Positions 27,656 through 37,021 of a DNA stretch of 64,000 bases are shown piece after piece; the first letter of the stretch is position 1; each line of letters begins with the position of its first letter. This stretch comes from Lentisphaeria bacterium. Its GTDB lineage: Bacteria; Verrucomicrobiota; Lentisphaeria; Victivallales; UBA1829. Under the pieces are notes generated by a model. That model was not told where the DNA came from. It was given only the letters and a program-made list of their open reading frames with translations, and did not search any database. The stretch covers positions 12,123 to 76,122 of the forward strand of contig JAFZZR010000062.1 of NCBI GenBank assembly GCA_017615635.1, read 5' to 3'. The translations under genes and the position numbers were made by a program.

Positions 27656-27923
27656 GGCGTCACCTGTTTCAGTCGTATCGCTGTAGGGTTGTTCGTTTCC
27701 GGTGCGGAGTCCATGTACTATACTCTCCGAAACAGCCGCTGGCAAGGAAAAGGGCGGAAAAAAGACGAAAATCCGAAAAATTTAAGAATCGGGACTTGAG
27801 TTTTCGGAAAATCGCGTTAATATACGTTTCTGCGGACTTTTCACGGCTCGGCCGTGGGCTTTCCGCGTACCCGGATCCGTAAGTTTTTGAATGATGCAAT
27901 AAAAACAACAGAAAGAATCGAAA

Positions 27924-29969
27924 ATGTCAGGGGAACAAAACAAATTATCCGTCGTTTCCGAAAGAGGCCGGATGGCAAAACGGCTCGCCATCGTCGGCCT
28001 GATCCTGTCCGCCGGCCTTGCGCTGACGGTATTACTGGCGGGACCCGTTTACGTATGGAGCGGTATAGCGCTGTTTTCACTGGGACTCTTCCCCTTTACG
28101 CTGGCGCTGGTATTCTGTATCGTGGCGCTGGTGCAGTCCGTGCTTTTTGTCCGGACCATGGAAGAGGAAGAGGAGAAACTCCTTCTGGAAAAACGGAAAT
28201 CCTCCGTCACTTCTCTGCTGGATATCTCGGAGGACGTGCGTTTCACAGCCCGTCATACCTACGATACCTTCCTTAAATACATTCCTTCCGCGGTGGCGTG
28301 TCTCTGCTTTGTTTTGAGTACCGCCGCCTTTGCCGCACTGTGGTCCCAGGGGCTTCTGGGGTCCGGCGAGACTGCATTTCTCGGGGCAACGGCGCCGAAG
28401 AATCCCATCAATCTGGCTTTTGTGGGGGCCATGGCTGCCGTTTTCAGCTTCATCTGCGGCGTGTTTTTCATCGGTCAGGCGCATGTTCGCGAATTCCGAT
28501 TCCTGCGGCCTGCGGGCAGCATGATGATTCTGGGCGCGGCGGTGATGCTGCTTTCGGCCATCTGCGCGCTTCTTCTGAATGCGGGTGGCGCCGGATACGA
28601 TGGAGCCGTCTCCCGGGTCGTCGTCGTCGTTTACGCCATTCTCACCATTGAATTTCTGCTGAACTTCGTCAAGGAGTTTTACCGTCCCCGCACCGGCGAG
28701 GAACAGCTTCCCGTCTATGAAAGCCGGGTCCTGGGCGTCTTCACGGAGCCCGGCGGCGTCATGCGGAATATCGCCAGCTCCCTGGATTATCAGTTCGGAT
28801 TTCAGGTGTCCAAGACCAGGATCTACGGGTTTTTCCAGAAGAGTCTGATTCCTGCCGTGATCGTGTGGGGCCTCATCTTCTGGCTCTTCACCGGAATCGC
28901 CGAGGTCGCTCCCGGCGAGGTCGGGATCCGGGAACGGTTCGGCGCCTTCCCCGGCAGCGGCAACGAGGTCCTTCAGCCGGGCGTCCATCTGAAGCTGCCC
29001 TGGCCCTGTGAACGGATCGTCCGCGTTCCCGTGGATCTGGTCCAGATGGTGACGATCGGGGCGCAGATCGACCGGGAAAAGGCAGCCGAGTCCGGCAAGG
29101 TGATCCTCTGGACCGGGAAGCACTATCTGAAGGAGGATATGTTCCTGGTTGCCACGAAGACGGCGTCCTCCGACAAGGAATCCGCTTCCGAGGCGCAGGC
29201 GATATCCGCGCGGGGCGGCCGCGGTGCGGCGTCCTCCTCGCTTCTTCCGGCATCTCTGCTGGAAGTATCGCTTCCTCTGTTCTTCAAGGCGAAAGCGGAT
29301 GAGCCGTACAATTATGCGTTTCAGTTCTCGAATGTTTCCGACGCGGTTCTGGCCATCGGCCGCGCCGAAGCCACAAGTTATTTCGCCAGCACGGACTTCC
29401 TGATGGATCTCTCCTACGGAAGAGTCAGTGTTTCCGAACATCTCCGCGATCGGATCCAGGCCCGGTGCGATGCGCTGAAGATGGGTGTGGACGTGCTTTC
29501 CATCGAGATGCACGATGCGCACCCGCCGGTAGGATCCGGAGGCGAGGAGGAGCAGGGTCCGGAAGGGAACGGCATGCCCAATGTGGCGGAATCGTTCCAG
29601 GATGTGGTCTGTGCCCGCGAAGAAGCGGCGTCCGCCGTGTTCAAGGCGCAGGCCGTGGCGGAGAAAACCGTGAATCAGGCCGGCGTGGAAGCGTCGAAGA
29701 TTGTGCTGGATGCCAGCGGATACAAGTTCAATGTCACGGAAGTGGCGAAAACGGATGCGGAGCGGTTCATCAGTCAGATGGAGTCGTACCGGAAACAGCC
29801 TACTTTGTTCCAGCTCCGCTCGTATCTGGATTTTCTGGAGAACGACTGTGCGGGGATCCGGAAATATGTCATTTCCTCGAAAATTCCCATGCGGAACTAC
29901 GTGCTGAATCTGGAAAGCAAGCCGTCGCTGGATCTTCTGGACACGGATCTTTCCTCGCTCGGCAAATAA
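27924..29969 (+). CDS. Polytopic membrane protein with C-terminal SPFH/band-7 (HflK-like) domain
   Basis: About 300-aa N-terminal multi-TM region, then GEVGIRERFG...VLQPGVHLKLPWPCERIVRVPV (SPFH start). An alternative start at 27972 (MAKRLAIVG) has a better AGAGG RBS. Confidence 0.75.
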   Translation: MSGEQNKLSVVSERGRMAKRLAIVGLILSAGLALTVLLAGPVYVWSGIALFSLGLFPFTLALVFCIVALVQSVLFVRTMEEEEEKLLLEKRKSSVTSLLDISEDVRFTARHTYDTFLKYIPSAVACLCFVLSTAAFAALWSQGLLGSGETAFLGATAPKNPINLAFVGAMAAVFSFICGVFFIGQAHVREFRFLRPAGSMMILGAAVMLLSAICALLLNAGGAGYDGAVSRVVVVVYAILTIEFLLNFVKEFYRPRTGEEQLPVYESRVLGVFTEPGGVMRNIASSLDYQFGFQVSKTRIYGFFQKSLIPAVIVWGLIFWLFTGIAEVAPGEVGIRERFGAFPGSGNEVLQPGVHLKLPWPCERIVRVPVDLVQMVTIGAQIDREKAAESGKVILWTGKHYLKEDMFLVATKTASSDKESASEAQAISARGGRGAASSSLLPASLLEVSLPLFFKAKADEPYNYAFQFSNVSDAVLAIGRAEATSYFASTDFLMDLSYGRVSVSEHLRDRIQARCDALKMGVDVLSIEMHDAHPPVGSGGEEEQGPEGNGMPNVAESFQDVVCAREEAASAVFKAQAVAEKTVNQAGVEASKIVLDASGYKFNVTEVAKTDAERFISQMESYRKQPTLFQLRSYLDFLENDCAGIRKYVISSKIPMRNYVLNLESKPSLDLLDTDLSSLGK

Positions 29970-30024
29970 AAAACGGACGGACAATTATTAGAAGAATAAC
30001 ATAAATCACGGAGTCAAACACAAA

Positions 30025-31014
30025 ATGAGCGACAAAACCAAACAGAAGGCCGTTTATCTCCCCACCATTTTACTCGGTTTGATCGTGGCGCTGATCTTCC
30101 TGCTCGCCATCTTCACCTATCAGGTGCCCGCCACCGAACGGGCGCTCGTCCTTACCATGGGACGCATCACCTCTCCGTCGGAAGGCGTCGAGCCCGGACT
30201 TCATTTCCGCTGGCCGCTTCCGTTCCAGGATGTGATCAAGTACGATGTCCGGCTCCGGACGTTCGACGGCAAGATCGGCAAATTCGAGGAATCCACCACG
30301 AGAGATCAGCGTCAGGTCGTGATCGGGATCAACGTCTTCTACCGGATCAAGGATCTCCGTCAGTTCAAGACGGCGGCCAGTCTGGAGGCGGCGGAGGACT
30401 ATCTGGGCAGCAAGATGCGGTCCGTGAAGGCCGCCGTTCTCGGTCAGTATAATTATGATCAGCTCATCAATACCGATCCTTCCAAGATGAAGCTGGAAGA
30501 GATGCGCGCCAAAATGCTGGACGCCATCGCGCCCGACGTCATGGCCCGGTACGGTCTGGAAGTCACGGCCGTGAACTTCATCTCCATCGGCGTGCCGGAC
30601 AAGACGGCGGTCAAAATCGCCGAGCGTATGAAAGAGGAACGTCTGACCGCGGCATCCGAGATCCGTGAGGCCGGAAACGCCAAGGCCGCCCGGATCCGCA
30701 ACGAGGCGCTGCTGGAAAAACAGAACATGATCACGGATGCGGAAAGCAAAGCCAAGGCTCTGATGGCCGAGGGCGATGCGGAAGCCGCCGCCTACTACGA
30801 CCGCTTCAAGGATGCGCCTCAGCTGGCCGCCTTCCTCCGCAAGCTTGATTCCATGAAGAAGATCATGGCGTCCAAGACGACGTTGATCCTGGGTACGGAC
30901 ACCGATCCCTTCAATATCTTCAATACCGATTTTCAGGCGCTCAAGGCGGAGGCTTCCGCTTCTCCCGCTCCCGCATCTGCCGGAAAAACCGATAAGAACG
31001 ACAAGAGAAAGTAA
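30025..31014 (+). CDS. SPFH/band-7 protein, HflC-like
   Basis: N-terminal TM, then ERALVLTMGRI...GLHFRWPLPFQDVIKYDVRLRTF and a coiled-coil tail. Confidence 0.85.
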   Translation: MSDKTKQKAVYLPTILLGLIVALIFLLAIFTYQVPATERALVLTMGRITSPSEGVEPGLHFRWPLPFQDVIKYDVRLRTFDGKIGKFEESTTRDQRQVVIGINVFYRIKDLRQFKTAASLEAAEDYLGSKMRSVKAAVLGQYNYDQLINTDPSKMKLEEMRAKMLDAIAPDVMARYGLEVTAVNFISIGVPDKTAVKIAERMKEERLTAASEIREAGNAKAARIRNEALLEKQNMITDAESKAKALMAEGDAEAAAYYDRFKDAPQLAAFLRKLDSMKKIMASKTTLILGTDTDPFNIFNTDFQALKAEASASPAPASAGKTDKNDKRK

Positions 31015-31026
31015 GAGGGGCCCCAC

Positions 31027-32208
31027 ATGAGCGAACACGAACATTCCCATACGGAGGACCGGAGCATCTCCGCGACTCAGGACGGACAGTTCGCGCCCGG
31101 CGTCGAACTGCTCTCCCGGGCGCTGAAGACGATCTTCGTGATCCTGGCCGCGGTCATCATCCTGATCCTTCTCTGGTTCCTGACCTGCGGCGGATCCTTC
31201 ATCGTGGATTCCACCAAGGAAGAAGTCATTGTCCTGCGCTTCGGCAAGTTCATCGAAGGCAGCGTCTACAAGAGCGGATGGCACTGGTTCCTGCCGTATC
31301 CCGTCAACAAGGTCGTCCGCATCCCGATCATCAAGCAGGAAGTCGTCAGCCGCAGCTTCATGGCTTCCAATGTGAACAAGCTGTACAATCCCAACGACGC
31401 CAGCCAGGATATGGTCGCCGGCGATTCCCTGACGCCCGGGAAGGACGGGTACACCCTGCTGGGCGACAACAGTATCATGCACAGCGACTGGAAGATGACC
31501 TATCGCGTTACGGACAGCCGCCAGTATTTTCTGAACTGCATGAGCCGTGAGACCGCGGTGGGCGGCACCGACGGACCGGACTCCGAAACCGTGAATCTGA
31601 AGACCTCTTCCATCATGCTGAAGAATCTTCTGGACGATGCGGTCATTACGGTCAGCGCCGGCCTGGATGTGCAGAAGACGTATTTCGACAAGGCCAGTTA
31701 CGAGTCACTGGTTCGCCGGCAGCTGGAAAAGAACATCGAGAAGGCGAATCTGGGCGTTACGCTGGAAAGCCTGAACATGCTTCTGGTTGCACCTCCGATC
31801 AAGTCCTTCGATGCGTTCCAGATGCTGGTCCTCTCCAGCGCCGAGCGCGAAGCGGTTCTCGAACAGGCCCGCAAATTCGCCGTGGAACAGCAGAATCAGG
31901 CGCTGGCCGACCGGTCCAAGATCCAGTCGGATGCCGAAGCGTACAAGAAACGCGTGGTCTCCGCGGTTCGTGCCGATGTGGAGTATTTCGAAGAGATCCG
32001 CAAGCAGTTCCGGCAGAATCCGGATGCCGCATTCGTTTCCCTCTATTACGGTATTCTGGCCAATTCCATGATTTCCGTCAAGGATAAATTCGTTATCGGC
32101 GCACCTGCCGGATTCCAGAATCAGACCCTGTGGCTGAAGCTGAATCCGGAATCGGATGTGAAACGGCCGCCGAAAAAAGATGAAAACAACCCGGCGGGAG
32201 AAGAATAA
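31027..32208 (+). CDS. SPFH/band-7 protein, HflK-like
   Basis: TM segment, then EEVIVLRFGKFIEGSVYKSGWHWFLPYPVNKVVRIPI. AAGAGGGG RBS. Its stop overlaps the ATPase start (TAATG at 32206-32210). Confidence 0.8.
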   Translation: MSEHEHSHTEDRSISATQDGQFAPGVELLSRALKTIFVILAAVIILILLWFLTCGGSFIVDSTKEEVIVLRFGKFIEGSVYKSGWHWFLPYPVNKVVRIPIIKQEVVSRSFMASNVNKLYNPNDASQDMVAGDSLTPGKDGYTLLGDNSIMHSDWKMTYRVTDSRQYFLNCMSRETAVGGTDGPDSETVNLKTSSIMLKNLLDDAVITVSAGLDVQKTYFDKASYESLVRRQLEKNIEKANLGVTLESLNMLLVAPPIKSFDAFQMLVLSSAEREAVLEQARKFAVEQQNQALADRSKIQSDAEAYKKRVVSAVRADVEYFEEIRKQFRQNPDAAFVSLYYGILANSMISVKDKFVIGAPAGFQNQTLWLKLNPESDVKRPPKKDENNPAGEE

Positions 32209-34274
32209 TGAGCCAGATCGAAGAGAAACACGTTCATCCGGATAACGGCTGCTGCTGCGGTCACGATCACGAACACCATGACGGCTGCTGCGGTCACGAT
32301 CACGAGCACCATCATCACGACCACGACGGGGACGAACCCACCCGGTGCATCTCGTGCGGCGCGCCCCTGGGCGAAGGCGCCGGCCATTCCCGGGCCATGG
32401 GACGGGCCTCCTTTGCGTTCGTGGGCGGATTCCTTATCGTGAATTCGTTCCTGCTGGAGTGGATCTTCCCGGATTTCCATTTCGCAGCCAGCCTCAGCGC
32501 CGCGCTCGGCGCCGTCTGTCTGGCATTCCCCATTGTGCTGACGGCCATTAAAGACCTGGTGGAAGGCCGGGTCTACATGAACGAGCTGGTGGCGCTGGCG
32601 ATCCTGGCTGCCTTCACCAGCGGCAATTTCCAGACGGCGGGGATCATTGCATTCTTCCTGCTGATCACCATCATCATCGAGACCCATACGGCCAGCGGCG
32701 CGCAGCGTTCCATCGAGGAGCTGATCCGCCTGACGCCTCATACGGCGCACCGGATCCTGCCGGACGGCACGTACGCGGAAGCCGATGTTTCCGAGCTGAA
32801 ACTCGGGGATCTGATCAACGTCCGGCCCGGCGAAAACTTCCCGGTGGACGGCGTAATCGTCCGCGGCGAAAGCGCGGTGAATCAGGCGTCCATCACGGGC
32901 GAATCCATGCCTGTGGACAAGGATGTGGACGATGATGTGTATGCCGGCACGATGAACCTTTCCGGAAGCATCGATGTGAAGGTCACCCGTCTGGGCGGCG
33001 ATACGACGCTGGGCAAGGTGAAGGAGATGATCCTTTCCGCCGAACGGAACAAGACCCCCGTGGTCCGGATCATCGACCGCTACGCCGGATACTATACCCC
33101 GACGATCCTTATGCTCGCCACCATCACCTGGTGGCTGACGGACGGAAATATGAACCGGGTCATCGCCCTGCTGGTCATCGCCTGTCCCTGCGCGGTCGTT
33201 CTGGCCACGCCCACGACCATCGTGGCGGCGGTGGCGGCGGCGGCCCGTCTGGGTATCCTCATCAAGAACGTGAGCCACCTGGAACTGGCGTCGAAGATCC
33301 GTACCGTGGTGTTCGACAAGACGGGGACCCTGACGGAAGGACAGCTTTCCGTGGCCCGTCTGAGTCCCGCCGAAGGCGTGGAGCCCGCAGAGCTTCTGCA
33401 GACCGCGTTCACGCTGGAACGGAACAGCAACCATCCCACGGCCATGGCGATCCAGCGTCTGGCAGGAGAAGTGGGGATCTCCGCTCTGCCCATGGAAAAC
33501 TTCAAGGAAACCGCCGGAAAAGGTGTTGCGGCCCGCATTGCCGGACGCGATATTCTGGTGGGCCGTCCCGCCTGGATCGAGTCCGCAGGCATCCGTCTGG
33601 AAGGCTATAACACGTCGGAAAGCGAAGGCATGAGCGTGGTCTTTGTGGCGGCCGGCGGCCGGGTGATCGGCTGGATCGGGTTCAAGGACAGCATCCGGCC
33701 GGAAGCCGTTTCGGCCATCCGCAATCTGAAGGATCTTGGCATCGTGCGCTGTGCCATGGTGACGGGCGACCGCGCCAGCGTGGCGACGGCGATCGCAGCC
33801 CAGCTGAACATCGACGACGTGAAGAGCGACTGCCTGCCTCAGGGCAAGGTGGAATACGTGGAAGAAGTGAAGAAGACCAGCGTGGTGGCGGTGGTGGGCG
33901 ACGGCGTGAACGATGCTCCCGCCCTGGCCGCCGGAGACCTGGGTATCGCCATGGGCGCCATCGGCAGCGACATCGCCATCAGCAGTGCCAGTATTGCGCT
34001 GATGACCAACGATCTGCGGCGGATCCCGCTGCTGGTCACCCTTTCCCGGAAGACCGGTTCGATCATGAACCAGAATCTGGCTTTCGGTCTGCTTTTCGTC
34101 ATCTGCGGTATCGTCCTTTCCGTCTTCGGAAGGATGGATCCCGTTCTCGCGGCCGTGCTTCACACGGTCAGCACCCTCATCGTCATCTTCAACAGCGCGC
34201 GTCTGGTGCGCACCGGGGAGGAATACACCGGAACCGACGGCGTCCCCGTTCTGGAAGGGAGGAGTGATTCCTGA
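32208..34274 (+). CDS. P1B-type heavy-metal translocating ATPase (Zn/Cd/Co-type) with His/Cys-rich N-terminus
   Basis: CCCGHDHEHHDGCCGHDHEHHHHDHD, TM CPC motif (VIACPCAVVLATP), DKTGTLT, GDGVNDAPAL. Confidence 0.95.
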   Translation: MSQIEEKHVHPDNGCCCGHDHEHHDGCCGHDHEHHHHDHDGDEPTRCISCGAPLGEGAGHSRAMGRASFAFVGGFLIVNSFLLEWIFPDFHFAASLSAALGAVCLAFPIVLTAIKDLVEGRVYMNELVALAILAAFTSGNFQTAGIIAFFLLITIIIETHTASGAQRSIEELIRLTPHTAHRILPDGTYAEADVSELKLGDLINVRPGENFPVDGVIVRGESAVNQASITGESMPVDKDVDDDVYAGTMNLSGSIDVKVTRLGGDTTLGKVKEMILSAERNKTPVVRIIDRYAGYYTPTILMLATITWWLTDGNMNRVIALLVIACPCAVVLATPTTIVAAVAAAARLGILIKNVSHLELASKIRTVVFDKTGTLTEGQLSVARLSPAEGVEPAELLQTAFTLERNSNHPTAMAIQRLAGEVGISALPMENFKETAGKGVAARIAGRDILVGRPAWIESAGIRLEGYNTSESEGMSVVFVAAGGRVIGWIGFKDSIRPEAVSAIRNLKDLGIVRCAMVTGDRASVATAIAAQLNIDDVKSDCLPQGKVEYVEEVKKTSVVAVVGDGVNDAPALAAGDLGIAMGAIGSDIAISSASIALMTNDLRRIPLLVTLSRKTGSIMNQNLAFGLLFVICGIVLSVFGRMDPVLAAVLHTVSTLIVIFNSARLVRTGEEYTGTDGVPVLEGRSDS

Positions 34275-35497
34275 TGGAGACAACGACGAAAGCTGTGGCA
34301 GACGATGTCCGTCCGCCGGTCGTCAGTGCGGTCGGTCTGCTGAAAATCTTCCGTGATTTCTGGAACCGGCCGAAAGCGAAAGCGGTCAACGACATCGATT
34401 TCGAGGTCCGCGAAGGGGAAGTGCTGGGACTGCTTGGACCCAACGGGTCCGGCAAATCCACCACGGTGAAAATGCTGCTGGGGCTTCTGTATCCCACAGG
34501 CGGACGCCTTACGGTGTTCGGCAAGTCGCCCCGGGATGTTTCGATCAAGAAACGCATCGGCTATCTTCCCGAGGAGACGTACCTCTACAAGTACCTCACG
34601 GCTTTCGAGACGCTGGATTTCTTCGCCTCGCTTTTCAATCTGTCCAAGGCGGACCGCACCAAACGCTGCGAACAGCTTCTGGATATGGTGGGCCTGGCCC
34701 ACGCCCGGAATCGTCCCGTAGGCGAATTTTCCAAGGGCATGGCCCGCCGGATCGGTCTGGCTCAGGCAATGATCAACGACCCGGCTCTCCTGATCCTGGA
34801 CGAGCCGACGTCCGGACTGGATCCGCTCGGCTGCCGCGAGGTGAAAGACCTGATTCAGATGCTGAAAAAGCGCGGAAAAACGGTGATCGTGACCAGCCAT
34901 CTTCTCAGTGATGTGGAAGACGTCTGTGACCGGGTGATCATTCTGTACGGCGGAAAGATCCGCGCCCAGGGCGCCCTGAACGATCTGCTCAGCATCGAAA
35001 AGAAGGAACGGATCACCACGCCGGCGCTTCCGCCGGACGTCATGAAGAAGGTCCTGGCCGTCCTTCGCGAAAATCTGAAGGACGATGAGTTCCGGGTCGA
35101 TCATCCCCGCATGTCTCTGGAAGAATTCTTCCTGGACGTGGTCAACAAGGCCCGCGTGGAGCACGTGGAGACCTTCGGTGCCCGCAGTTCGGGCCATATC
35201 GCCGAGTATCTTTCCGCCGGCAGCGAAGAAAAGAACGCCGACGGCGCTCTGCTGGACCGGCTGGCAGGCCGCGTGCCGGAACCGGCCGCCCCCGAGCCCG
35301 AAAAGGTCGATGCGGCGAAGGAGAAGGAAAAGGCCGAGGAGAAAAAGATCCTTCAGTCTTTGAGCAAGGACCGGGAAGCGGAGGAGTCTGCCCGGAAGGC
35401 GCTGGAGGAACTGCAGGCGGCCCGTGCGAAACTTTCGGATGCCAACGACAAACTGAAAGATCTGCTTGGCTCCCGCGGGAAAAAAGACGGGGAGTAA
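34274..35497 (+). CDS. ABC-2-type transporter ATP-binding protein with about 100-aa charged coiled-coil C-terminal extension
   Basis: GPNGSGKSTTVKML, FSKGMARRIGLAQAM, LILDEPTSGLD. C-terminus EKVDAAKEKEKAEEKKILQSL... Its ATG overlaps the ATPase stop (TGATG). Confidence 0.9.
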   Translation: METTTKAVADDVRPPVVSAVGLLKIFRDFWNRPKAKAVNDIDFEVREGEVLGLLGPNGSGKSTTVKMLLGLLYPTGGRLTVFGKSPRDVSIKKRIGYLPEETYLYKYLTAFETLDFFASLFNLSKADRTKRCEQLLDMVGLAHARNRPVGEFSKGMARRIGLAQAMINDPALLILDEPTSGLDPLGCREVKDLIQMLKKRGKTVIVTSHLLSDVEDVCDRVIILYGGKIRAQGALNDLLSIEKKERITTPALPPDVMKKVLAVLRENLKDDEFRVDHPRMSLEEFFLDVVNKARVEHVETFGARSSGHIAEYLSAGSEEKNADGALLDRLAGRVPEPAAPEPEKVDAAKEKEKAEEKKILQSLSKDREAEESARKALEELQAARAKLSDANDKLKDLLGSRGKKDGE

Positions 35498-35503
35498 ATC
35501 GCC

Positions 35504-37003
35504 ATGTTGCCCTTTTTTGCCATCGTTCGACTTACCTGCCGTTCGGCAATACGGTCCAACGTATTCCGGACTCTCCTGTTTCTGCTGGCGCTCAGCGTGA
35601 TCCTGATCCCGAATACGATCAAAGGCGACGGGACGGCGACGGGGTTCATCCAGCTGATTCTGGAGTACAGTCTCGGTTTCTCGGGTGCGATCCTGGCCAT
35701 CTCCGTGGCCTGGGTATGCTGTTCCGAGATCGCTTCGGACGTGGAGAGCGGTCAGATCCACATGATCGTGGTCAAACCCGTGCCCAGAGCCGTTGTCCTG
35801 CTCGGCAAGTTCACCGGAGTCCTGGTGATCCATGCCGTGCTTCTTCTCATTGCGTCCGCCGCCGTCTATGGATTCGTCATATATCAGTTCATGAGGCAGG
35901 ACTTCCCGACGGAGGAACGGCAGCGCGTGGAAAGCGAAGTGCTGACGGGCCGGAGACTGATTGCGCCCGACAAGCCCGATTTCGCCAAAATGGCGGAAGA
36001 AGAGCTGAAACACCGTCTGGAAACGGCCCGGCTCGATGAACGTCAGGCGATCGAGCAGAAACTGGCCGGCGACCAGAAGCGGACCGTTCTGGCCGGGATC
36101 GAACGGGAACTCCGGCGCCGGAACGGGGAAGTGGAGCCGGGCGGCGTGCTTTTCTGGAAATACTCGGGCATCTCGGAAGAGAATCCGGATCCCCTGTTTC
36201 TCCGGTATAAACTGTACGCCGGCACCGATACGTCCAAGAACCAGGAGACCACCTACGGCGCGTGGCTTCTCCGCTTCGTGTCCCGCACGGACCGCGGCGA
36301 AGAGGGCGCGGAGCCCGAATACACGGACAATATCGTTTCTCTGCCTCCGGAAGAGATCATGACCCGGACCCGCGATGAGTTCGGGATCCAGGATACGATC
36401 CTGCGGGTGGGCGGAGCGCCCGACGAACTTCGGCGGAACATTCCGCCGGAACTGATGAAGAATCTGACGGGTCAGCTGATCCGGGAAGGCACCTTCGTGA
36501 TCGGGTTCCAGAACTACGACCGGGAAGGCAAGAAGATCATTCTTCAGGAAGCGGACGGACCGTTCCTCATGGTGCGCGAGACCAGTTTCCTCAACAACTA
36601 TCTCCGGGCCGTGTTCGTCCTTTTCCTGGGCATCGCGGCGGTGGCGCTGGTATCCTCCGCCCTCGCGGCCTATTTCACGCTGCCGACCTCGGTCTTCCTG
36701 GCGGCGTCGTACGGACTGCTCTGTGTTTTCGCCGTGTACCTTCTGGGGTCCATGGCTGATATGGGCGATGATCTTTCCATGGGCGACCGGGTGGCTCGGG
36801 CTCTCAGCGAGGGCGTGTTCTTCCTGCTGATCCCGGTGCGGGACTTCTTCCTGACTACGGAACTGGCCACCGGTCAGCTGATCGATTTTGCCCGGATCGG
36901 ACACTTGATATTCTACAATCTTGTGCTGCGCGGTCTGCCCCTGTTCCTGGCGGGCATGCTGCTGTACAGCCGCCGCGAACTGGCGCTGGCCGTGAAACGC
37001 TGA
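35504..37003 (+). CDS. ABC-2-family permease-like membrane protein with large extracytoplasmic insert
   Basis: SDVESGQIHMIVVKPVPRAVVLLGKF (ABC-2 permease-type motif). Multiple TM segments at both ends. GGGGAG RBS. Confidence 0.7.
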   Translation: MLPFFAIVRLTCRSAIRSNVFRTLLFLLALSVILIPNTIKGDGTATGFIQLILEYSLGFSGAILAISVAWVCCSEIASDVESGQIHMIVVKPVPRAVVLLGKFTGVLVIHAVLLLIASAAVYGFVIYQFMRQDFPTEERQRVESEVLTGRRLIAPDKPDFAKMAEEELKHRLETARLDERQAIEQKLAGDQKRTVLAGIERELRRRNGEVEPGGVLFWKYSGISEENPDPLFLRYKLYAGTDTSKNQETTYGAWLLRFVSRTDRGEEGAEPEYTDNIVSLPPEEIMTRTRDEFGIQDTILRVGGAPDELRRNIPPELMKNLTGQLIREGTFVIGFQNYDREGKKIILQEADGPFLMVRETSFLNNYLRAVFVLFLGIAAVALVSSALAAYFTLPTSVFLAASYGLLCVFAVYLLGSMADMGDDLSMGDRVARALSEGVFFLLIPVRDFFLTTELATGQLIDFARIGHLIFYNLVLRGLPLFLAGMLLYSRRELALAVKR

Positions 37004-37021
37004 GGAAGGAGCCGGAACGAG

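Noticed and set aside
26756-27799. 347-aa plus-strand ORF covering the region upstream of the polyamine genes
   Set aside because: It has low-complexity Gly/Arg/Pro/Glu-rich translation and no RBS. The opposite strand encodes a more protein-like coiled-coil plus TM product, with an AGGTGA RBS and the same orientation as the downstream operon.
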